DNA from: a virus | DNA: 25,117 bases | Virus record (IMG/VR): IMGVR_UViG_3300028833_003470 | Coordinates: 1 to 25,117 of that record | Strand: one strand, 5' to 3' | In this document: positions 17,507 through 25,117 of the stretch, in pieces | How the letters are laid out: each line of letters starts with the position of its first letter | How positions within the stretch are numbered: position 1 is the first letter of the stretch | Notes under the pieces: generated by a model | Seen by the model: the letters and a program-made list of their open reading frames with translations, nothing else | Told to the model about the DNA's origin: nothing | The model's database searches: none | Position numbers and translations under genes: made by a program

Positions 17507-20500
17507 ATGAGTTATCAAACAATCGAACCAGTTAGTGTGAAACAATCTGATGAGAATCGTTTGTGGTATAATCTTGCTACTCTTGTGCCTCAAGATACTG
17601 TCTACGATAATACTACAGAATTGGTGCAGACAAGGAGTGGTTATGCCGAGTGCATCTTGAATGGTTTCTATTACGATGAGAACAAGCCTAATAGTTTGAC
17701 CTTTGATTTCGGAAGTACCGAGATAACCGATACCACTAATATCAATAATGTCAGATTCTATTTCAGAATGTATGTTATTGGTGATGGTAGGACTAATATG
17801 GTTTCACAGACTCCGAAGCCGAATGTGAAGCTTTGGACTCATCTTGACCCTGATAGGACTTATGATTGGCACGATAGTGATGAGTATTTGAAGCTTGTTG
17901 ATGAGATGGATCATAATTATTATGTTGATGCCGAGGCTAGTTATTTGAATGATAATTATGATAGTGGTTATACTGATTTTACTGTTACTTTTAATAATAT
18001 TAGTATGGGTAATGTCTTGTCTTCTAGTTTCTTCAATAATGGGTTCGGTATTAGTTTGGAGTTTCCTCCGAGCAAGTGTATGGTTGAGCATCGTGTTATC
18101 TTTGAGAGTGTTTATTGTGTATTGAATTATGGCACTGATGGTGGAATGACTGTTACTTGTGATAATGAGGAAACTTATACTGTTAATACACTTAACACTA
18201 TTCAATTCACTATCGTTGAAGATACTGATGTTGACAGTAGGATCAGTTTTGAGGCTGATGGTGATGGATTATATATTAACCCTTACAATAATGTGGGGGT
18301 TGAGAATGGTCACCCTTTGAGTACTGATGACCCTTATAAATTTGCAGAGGTGCAGACTTATGGTGGTAATACTGTTGTTGTTACTTTGCATTTTGTTCCG
18401 ACAAAGGTTGGTGATTGTAGTTTCAAGGTTACTGTTAATGAGGAGTTGACTCCGAGAGTATTCAATTTTACTGTTGTTGGTAATGATGAGGATACTTATT
18501 ATCCAGTTTATGATTTTGAAGAGAACACATTAACATTTTATGGTGATTTCACAAGTGATACCGAGGCTTATGTTCAAGATGGAACAATAAGGTACAAGGA
18601 TGTGAAAAGCATCAAAGCAGAAGCCTTATTACCAAATTACATTATCGTTAATGGAGAACAACACTCTAATGACCCTAATGATTTTATCTTCAGAGTTACT
18701 GTGGAATTATGGAATAATGTTGATGGAACAGTTAACTATGATGGACATCCTATCTCATTTACTGGTTCATTCACAGAAACCCTCATAACTGAAACAGTAT
18801 CTTCTGATTCAGTAGTTGTAACTACAGAGGATGATGAGAGAGAAATACCTATTGACTTATCCACTATAACTAAAACTGGTACATATAATAATGATACTGG
18901 AGCAATGACTGGTGCTACTGTTTTCACAGAGAGTTATCAGGAAGTTCATTCTTATACTCCAAGCTTAAACCTTTATGATAGTTTATTGAAGATTCATAAC
19001 ATTGGCACTACTGATGCTCAAGGAATAACCACACCATTATTCAGTATTGGTAATGTTGAAGTGTATAGGAAGTATTCAAGTGGAAATTATAGATTGTTAG
19101 ACCCTCATTTTTATTCATTATCTGTAAGTGATGGTGAGTTATTATTGAAGACTTTTGAGGGCAGATACTATGATGATGGGGAATCCCCTGATAGCACTAT
19201 CCAAGATATCAAAACATACAATAAGGATTATCACGATAAGGTAGTAGTCCACATAACACCTTTAAGGAACGAATACAACTTCCAATTAACTAGTCAAGGA
19301 ATGAGCAACACCACACAAAAAACCAACACCTACTACCAACTCATATCCCCAAACAAATATACTGTTGGCTCTGTCTTGAACCTCCTACCTGCAACTGCTT
19401 ATATGCAAGAGAGGACAAAAGTCACAATTGAAAACTTTGAAACTGGTGAGAATGATATAATCCATTACTATGCTTATATCAAGGATGGAGTTCAAATCAA
19501 TAAATCTGATGCCTTGAACGAGGATGGCACACTTAAAGAGGGAGTGACTTTTGAGGAAGTGACAGAAGATGAAGCTTATATTACTTATTACTGGTTTAAT
19601 AATACTGCTTTCTCTGAAGAAGAAGTACTAACTCTGATAAGTGACTTTGAAGACTGTACTCTTGGACTTGACCCAAGCCAATACGAGAACTTGGGAACTA
19701 CTAATGTTCGTATGATGAGATTGATGAGAACAACAATCATACCAAAATACGAGTCTGTTCTTTCATTGGATTTCAGTAAATGCCACTTCATACTCAAAAA
19801 ACCACAAAATGATATCAGAGTAGAACTGCCAGTACCTTACATTGGAGCAGTTAGATTGCATCGTTGCCACAAGGCTGATGTGACAAACACAACCACCAAC
19901 AGCCTAATCCGAGAAGTCTACCAAAACAGACAATACTATGGTAAAAAAGGTGACTGGGAAGAAAAAATCACAATGACACTTCGTATGCCTTGGCAAGACA
20001 TCGTAACCCTACAAGGACACACAAGAGCAGATATGCCAATCCCAATCGACATCAACCCATTACACCCTGATGGTGACCCACTCAACCATAGAGGATGGGC
20101 AGAGATAAGCAGTACTGGAGAAATCACAAAAATTAATGATATGCTCTACCAATGCAAACCTGAAGTCACTTATTTGACTCACGAGCTTATTGGAAGATTT
20201 GCTATTACTCAAGATCCTGATAGAATCTGTAATCAAGACCCTCCAATCAATATGCTTAAAACCCACGAGTATTGGGAGGATGACAGAGAAGTCCTAGACT
20301 TATCAAGTTACTTGAATTTCCATAATATGCCAATCGGCGATGGAATGTTCAAAGGAGTATACACAGTAGCAGATGATAATGAATATGTCTTTGATTTGAA
20401 AGGAACTGTTTCCAGTATTGGTAGATATAATTGGAGATGGAGAAACATATTACCTGCATTGGGTACTACTGCTCACGATGATAATCGTTGGCAGACTGCT

Positions 20501-23500
20501 ATCAGAGTATTGGGTGCATCTGATGATTCCCTGCTCTTCGAGTACTTGTATAAGGATTTCAAACACTATGATGGAGATAACTTGCTTAACGAGTCAGATG
20601 TAAGAGTACTGCACAAGAACCCAGTAACTGGACTCTTGGACACTATCGATTACACCCATATGAACCTTGACTTCGATGAAGTTGGAGCAGAAGTCAGTAT
20701 TGACAAGACAAACACTTACATTGAGATTCCAAAACAAGACCAAACACTATTTGAGAAAGGTAGAAACCTCTACTTCACCTTGAGAGATAGCAGAGGATAT
20801 GGAATACCAAACAAGGATGTTGATGTTAATATTATAAATAATCACGATGAGGTAATATATTCAATCCCTGCCTTGACTGATGTGAATGGTAATCGTGATG
20901 TTGAGCTTAATCTTGAAAGTGGAGATTATACTGCTCAATTATTGTTTAGTGGTGATGATAAGTACAATCCTTGTTCAATCGAGTATTACTTTACTGTTGA
21001 CCTTGTATACAGACAAGGAACAGAACTTGCTATATACAATGAGTATGGTGGATATGGATATGACATCAACAACGAGTACATCGAGGGAAGATTACTAACA
21101 GATGATGACCGACCAATAGCAGGTGAAAAAGTCTATGTAAGCATCTACCAATACACCCCAACAACCCTCAAAGTCAATGGAAAAAGAAAAACCTTTAATT
21201 TCAAAACAACAATATCTTCAGAAGTAGAATGCACAACAAGTGCTAGAGGATGGTTCAAGGCAAAAGTAAACCTATTAGGTGTTCAAGCAGGAACATTTAC
21301 TGCCGAGGCTGTCTACAAGGGAACTGATTATTATCAGAAAAACAGTTATAGCAGAACTTTTACTATGCACCAATGGTACAAGCATAAGACTTCCATTACT
21401 ACTAGCGACCAAAAATACGAGCAAGGTAAGGAATACAATTTCGTAGCAACCCTCAAAGACCATAAAGGAAAACCAATCAAAGGAGAAACACTACGATTCG
21501 GTATCCACAATTACCAAACTGGTATCAACCAAAGATTCGCAATCAAGACAGATAAGAATGGTCAAGCAAAGATTCCAGTAATGTTCAATAGTGGAAACCA
21601 TCAAATAGACACCTACTACAATGGTAGCAGTAGGTATGAGTACAGCCCTGCAAGAAACACCAACAAGATAACCACTTATGCAAAGGGAAAGGAAACCACC
21701 ACTATAACTGCATATATGATGCATATAGTGGATTATGTGAATGATGAGTACAATGCTTGGTTGAAAGACAGTAGTGGCAAGGGAATCCCTAATGTTCCAA
21801 TCACTTTTGAGATATACGAATTCATTAGAAGCTCCGAGAAAGCAGATGCAGATGGAACTTATAGTGGTAAGAAAGGAGCATTGAAAGAAAGAGGACAAAG
21901 ATTAACCGATGCGAGTGGTCAAGCAGAATGGAACATCAACCTACCTACTGGAGATTATATGGGTTATGCCTATTACGAGGGTGATAACAAGTATGCTCCA
22001 TCAAGTAGGGGAAGAGCAATCCTCATCAGCCGACCACCAACAACTCACAATCTTGACATAACATTCCCACAAGCAAGTGGTGGAACAATACAAGTAACAC
22101 GAGATGAGCAGACTGGTGACCTATCACCAATCATCATACAGTTAACTGCTACTCCGAAGAGTGGTGGAGCAAGTATAAATCCAAAAGGAATCGATGGAAA
22201 AATCACCTACACAAACCTCTCTACTGGAAAACAATACGATGGATCATTAGTGAACACAACAATCACAAGTGATGCAAATGGTCAGATAACAATCTACCCT
22301 ACTCTTGAGAAAGGCAACTATCGTATGAATATTGAAACCTATGGAGCTTCAATCGATAAGAACCACGATGGTGTGTTTGAAACAGTATTCGCAGGTAAGG
22401 AGTCAAGTGTTCAATTGAATGTGACTAATGACTGCTATATGGATACCCTTATTGATGTTGTTGAGGCTAATGATAATGTTGTGGATGTTCGTAAGGATAG
22501 TAGCGAACCTATAAGGATTTTGCTTAAGGGTATTGATGAGGCTACTGGAGAACCTTTCCTTATTCCGAACAAGAGAGTGAGTGTTCAATATGCTTATACT
22601 TACAATAATAAGACAATCACTTCAAGTAAAGAATACTTCACAACCGATGAGAATGGATTAATCAATTACACTAGGAAAATCGGTTATACTGGAACATTAA
22701 CAATCAGTTATAGTGGAGATATCGGTTATGACAGTTGCTTGAAAACAATAACTGTAAGTGTACACGATAAGAGCCAGTATATTCCACATTTCAGTTACAA
22801 GATGAACACCGACACCATAAGGTATGAAGCATTGCCTTTAAACATCAGAAGCTTCTATAAAAATGGTGACACCAAGTACCCTACTTCAAATACACGAGTG
22901 AGGATTCAAGTTACTCATAGCAACCCACTAGTTTATAATAAAAGTTTCACTAGATACACAGATGGCAATGGTTATATTGATATTAATCTTGTTTTCCCTG
23001 AAAATGGAAAATACACTATCAACTTGTATGCTATCAAGGAAGTGGATAATGTAACATCAGAGGTTCTTGTCAAGACTTTGCCAACTGTTAATGTGGATGG
23101 TGCAAACAAGGGTACAGATACAGAGCCAGTAGAATACTTGCCTAACAAGTTACCTACTACTCTTGAATTCGTAAGCCCTGACAAATCTGTTGGTGGATTA
23201 GTCAAAGAACCAATCCAACATACTGTGACTAGATTCCCATACCTACTCAAAGCAAAGGTCAGTTACTTCGATGAGGGAGTAAAAAGAGTACTGCCAAACC
23301 ACAGATGCAGAATATACTTCACACTCACAAATGGAGTGATTGAAGAGTATCAGCGATATACTGATACTGATGGAATAATGACATATGAAAGTCTTCCATT
23401 GAGTTATGGAGAATACCCAGTAACCATCGAGGTAGAAACTGATGACACCTATGCAACAAGCAACATCAACACAGTATTAATCGTTACCGAAGAAGCCGAG

Positions 23501-25117
23501 AAAAGCTTCGATAGTCCATCCCCTGCAAAAGCACACTTGCAGAAGAAGAAAGGACAAGTAACACCACTTGAAACACCACTTGTAGAAACTTATGATGGTA
23601 TTGAGTATGGATCAACTGCCGAGATGACATTCAATGGAAACTTGCTTGATTTCCAAGATTATGGGTTAACACAGAACACTAGTCTTGTTGGAGCAAAGAT
23701 ATCATTAACTGATATTGAGTTACCTAAAGATGAGAAAGGCTACAAACTACAATTCCTTACACGATACAATAATGATGTTGACAACACAGTAGATGAACTA
23801 CTAGGCACATTGCAAGTTGAAATAACAGATGACAAAATAAGCAAACTGTACCAACAATTCTATGAGAACCTAGTTGTATCCCCTGCTCCATTGTACAACC
23901 ATAAACTGATGTTCACTAGAGAGGCTGAAGATGGAACATTATATTACTATGATGTAACCAGTAACATTGATGTGAAACGATACAGACTTTCTCCATTCCT
24001 ACAATACAAGGGTGGAGTAAACCTAGAAACTGCATCAGGGGTAAGCATCTTCGACCTAGAAACTGGAGTAAGCCCAGTTATCATCAATAATGGATTAATC
24101 AAGGCAGAATTCAACAAGAGAAGTGGATTCGTAAGAGTAGCAAGATACGATGACAGAACAAAAACTTGGAACTGGGTCAGATGGCTACAAGTCGAGGAAA
24201 ACTTCTACAAGATGGAATTACTCCATTACTCAACCGATAAGATAAGCTTGAAAATGGGCAACACCACTTGGACTGTATGGAGAGGCAGACCTTGGATAGA
24301 AATCAAACACGAAGATGATGACATCAGGATCATCGGAGAAACCAACAAGACCTATGCAGAAATCCTCCATAACGATACAAGGTATCAGATAATGAGTGAA
24401 GTGGATACTCACAATGGAATATTCAATACCTACAATGCAATCAATTACTTCGGTAAGGAATTGAATATCACAGAGAATATTAAAAGGGATAACTTCACAA
24501 TTACTGGTGCAACTGCATCTACTCCAATTGACATCAGCCTTATCGGTGAAACTTGTCTTAAGGTGGATGCTAATAGTGATGAGTATCATATCAAGCTTCC
24601 TCAAGTACAAAGACCATCAGATGATATCTTCACATTCCTTATCGATAGATTGAAGATGGATAATGTTGATAATATCAAGATTACCTGCAATGCTTATGAT
24701 ACCAAGGGTGGAGAGTTTGTAGCAAGTGCTTACAAGGAATTTGATGTTGAAACTACTGGCGATGAAACTGTTACTGATTTAGTTTCAGATGGCAGATTGA
24801 ATACTGGTTTCAGGTCAGTATTCGACTTATCAGATTTCAAAGACAAGGACAATAATTCAATAAAGGAAACCACTTACTGGCATAATAATGAACAAGTAAG
24901 TAAAGAAGATGCATATGTCACCATAATTGATGAGGAAGATGGCACTACATACACAGAACTTAAGGAAAATATCGAGATTAAGGAAACTTTCGGTGCGAAG
25001 TATGAGAAGTGTAATTTCCTAGAATTTGACATTGAATTGCATAAGACAGTTAGTAGTAATAACAGTTATGCGATAATCAATCACCTGATGTTGTCCGATG
25101 GTGATAACAGACTAGGT
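17507..25117 (+). CDS. Giant multidomain tail-tip/adhesin protein, at least 2537 aa, 3'-truncated by the window
   Basis: Read by hand from ATG 17507 (MSYQTIEPVSVKQSDENRLWYN...) to the last base (...LSDGDNRLG) with no in-frame stop. Absent from the ORF track, presumably because no stop lies in the window. Confidence 0.9.
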   Translation, partial: MSYQTIEPVSVKQSDENRLWYNLATLVPQDTVYDNTTELVQTRSGYAECILNGFYYDENKPNSLTFDFGSTEITDTTNINNVRFYFRMYVIGDGRTNMVSQTPKPNVKLWTHLDPDRTYDWHDSDEYLKLVDEMDHNYYVDAEASYLNDNYDSGYTDFTVTFNNISMGNVLSSSFFNNGFGISLEFPPSKCMVEHRVIFESVYCVLNYGTDGGMTVTCDNEETYTVNTLNTIQFTIVEDTDVDSRISFEADGDGLYINPYNNVGVENGHPLSTDDPYKFAEVQTYGGNTVVVTLHFVPTKVGDCSFKVTVNEELTPRVFNFTVVGNDEDTYYPVYDFEENTLTFYGDFTSDTEAYVQDGTIRYKDVKSIKAEALLPNYIIVNGEQHSNDPNDFIFRVTVELWNNVDGTVNYDGHPISFTGSFTETLITETVSSDSVVVTTEDDEREIPIDLSTITKTGTYNNDTGAMTGATVFTESYQEVHSYTPSLNLYDSLLKIHNIGTTDAQGITTPLFSIGNVEVYRKYSSGNYRLLDPHFYSLSVSDGELLLKTFEGRYYDDGESPDSTIQDIKTYNKDYHDKVVVHITPLRNEYNFQLTSQGMSNTTQKTNTYYQLISPNKYTVGSVLNLLPATAYMQERTKVTIENFETGENDIIHYYAYIKDGVQINKSDALNEDGTLKEGVTFEEVTEDEAYITYYWFNNTAFSEEEVLTLISDFEDCTLGLDPSQYENLGTTNVRMMRLMRTTIIPKYESVLSLDFSKCHFILKKPQNDIRVELPVPYIGAVRLHRCHKADVTNTTTNSLIREVYQNRQYYGKKGDWEEKITMTLRMPWQDIVTLQGHTRADMPIPIDINPLHPDGDPLNHRGWAEISSTGEITKINDMLYQCKPEVTYLTHELIGRFAITQDPDRICNQDPPINMLKTHEYWEDDREVLDLSSYLNFHNMPIGDGMFKGVYTVADDNEYVFDLKGTVSSIGRYNWRWRNILPALGTTAHDDNRWQTAIRVLGASDDSLLFEYLYKDFKHYDGDNLLNESDVRVLHKNPVTGLLDTIDYTHMNLDFDEVGAEVSIDKTNTYIEIPKQDQTLFEKGRNLYFTLRDSRGYGIPNKDVDVNIINNHDEVIYSIPALTDVNGNRDVELNLESGDYTAQLLFSGDDKYNPCSIEYYFTVDLVYRQGTELAIYNEYGGYGYDINNEYIEGRLLTDDDRPIAGEKVYVSIYQYTPTTLKVNGKRKTFNFKTTISSEVECTTSARGWFKAKVNLLGVQAGTFTAEAVYKGTDYYQKNSYSRTFTMHQWYKHKTSITTSDQKYEQGKEYNFVATLKDHKGKPIKGETLRFGIHNYQTGINQRFAIKTDKNGQAKIPVMFNSGNHQIDTYYNGSSRYEYSPARNTNKITTYAKGKETTTITAYMMHIVDYVNDEYNAWLKDSSGKGIPNVPITFEIYEFIRSSEKADADGTYSGKKGALKERGQRLTDASGQAEWNINLPTGDYMGYAYYEGDNKYAPSSRGRAILISRPPTTHNLDITFPQASGGTIQVTRDEQTGDLSPIIIQLTATPKSGGASINPKGIDGKITYTNLSTGKQYDGSLVNTTITSDANGQITIYPTLEKGNYRMNIETYGASIDKNHDGVFETVFAGKESSVQLNVTNDCYMDTLIDVVEANDNVVDVRKDSSEPIRILLKGIDEATGEPFLIPNKRVSVQYAYTYNNKTITSSKEYFTTDENGLINYTRKIGYTGTLTISYSGDIGYDSCLKTITVSVHDKSQYIPHFSYKMNTDTIRYEALPLNIRSFYKNGDTKYPTSNTRVRIQVTHSNPLVYNKSFTRYTDGNGYIDINLVFPENGKYTINLYAIKEVDNVTSEVLVKTLPTVNVDGANKGTDTEPVEYLPNKLPTTLEFVSPDKSVGGLVKEPIQHTVTRFPYLLKAKVSYFDEGVKRVLPNHRCRIYFTLTNGVIEEYQRYTDTDGIMTYESLPLSYGEYPVTIEVETDDTYATSNINTVLIVTEEAEKSFDSPSPAKAHLQKKKGQVTPLETPLVETYDGIEYGSTAEMTFNGNLLDFQDYGLTQNTSLVGAKISLTDIELPKDEKGYKLQFLTRYNNDVDNTVDELLGTLQVEITDDKISKLYQQFYENLVVSPAPLYNHKLMFTREAEDGTLYYYDVTSNIDVKRYRLSPFLQYKGGVNLETASGVSIFDLETGVSPVIINNGLIKAEFNKRSGFVRVARYDDRTKTWNWVRWLQVEENFYKMELLHYSTDKISLKMGNTTWTVWRGRPWIEIKHEDDDIRIIGETNKTYAEILHNDTRYQIMSEVDTHNGIFNTYNAINYFGKELNITENIKRDNFTITGATASTPIDISLIGETCLKVDANSDEYHIKLPQVQRPSDDIFTFLIDRLKMDNVDNIKITCNAYDTKGGEFVASAYKEFDVETTGDETVTDLVSDGRLNTGFRSVFDLSDFKDKDNNSIKETTYWHNNEQVSKEDAYVTIIDEEDGTTYTELKENIEIKETFGAKYEKCNFLEFDIELHKTVSSNNSYAIINHLMLSDGDNRLG
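20702..23490 (+). repeat. About 8 tandem degenerate Ig-like repeats (~100-130 aa each)
   Basis: Recurring T-x-I/L ... L(K/R)D..G..I ... TD.NG ... G.Y ... Y.G...Y motif, e.g. LKDHKGKPIKG..TDKNGQA..GNHQIDTYYNGSSRY and LKDSSGKGIPN..TDASGQA..GDYMGYAYYEGDNKY. Confidence 0.8.

Larger units (their letters stand above)
1..25117 (+). mobile_element. Tailed dsDNA virus/provirus morphogenesis module (siphovirus-like, probably infecting a Methanobacteriales archaeon)
   Basis: Co-oriented terS-terL-portal-gpF-protease-MCP-neck-tube-chaperone-TMP-tail order; no sheath gene. Host inferred from RBS/promoter style and adhesin-like Ig repeats. No integrase or att site visible, so free virus vs provirus is undetermined. 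Confidence 0.93.

Noticed and set aside
16490-21098. Alternative-frame + strand ORFs (16490, 17126, 20418, 20886, and similarly 2341, 2545, 9697)
   Set aside because: Fully nested in longer ORFs with coherent protein sequence; Met/Leu/Val-rich artefacts of T-ending codons.
17507-25117. DGR variable region or invertible host-range cassette in the tail gene
   Set aside because: No near-identical template/variable repeat pair, reverse transcriptase, invertase or flanking inverted repeats visible in the window; the 3' end is unseen.

Overview
The window is the packaging, head and tail module of a tailed dsDNA virus or provirus (Caudoviricetes, siphovirus-like). All credible genes are on the + strand. 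The host is most likely a methanogenic archaeon (Methanobacteriales, e.g. Methanobrevibacter or Methanosphaera). This is inferred from GGAG/GAGG ribosome-binding sites, a BRE/TATA-type promoter, oligo-T intergenic tracts and Ig-like repeats resembling methanogen adhesin-like proteins. Gene order after a repeat-rich ~880 bp non-coding left end: holin-like gene, coiled-coil/TM gene, terS, terL, portal, gpF-like protein, protease-scaffold, decoration-like protein, MCP, adaptor, tail terminator, small ORF, tail tube, tail chaperone pair, HK97-gp10-like gene, 1554-aa tape measure, a 210-aa acidic protein, and a giant ORF. The giant ORF (17507 to the window end, at least 2537 codons, no stop when read by hand) is missing from the supplied ORF track. 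Most notable observations: (1) sub-kilobase blocks alternate between G/T-ending and A/C-ending codons within and across same-strand genes; (2) CG occurs almost only as TCG or CGA, and several GC-rich palindromes appear absent; (3) the tail chaperone frameshift needs +1/-2 rather than -1, with two overlapping candidate slippery sites; (4) adhesin-like Ig repeats sit in the giant tail protein and a putative glycan-binding domain is inserted in the neck adaptor; (5) TerL has an E-Q Walker B. No integrase, endolysin, RNA gene or CRISPR array was seen. All functional calls come from motif recognition and synteny, without database searches; all motif counts are by eye.
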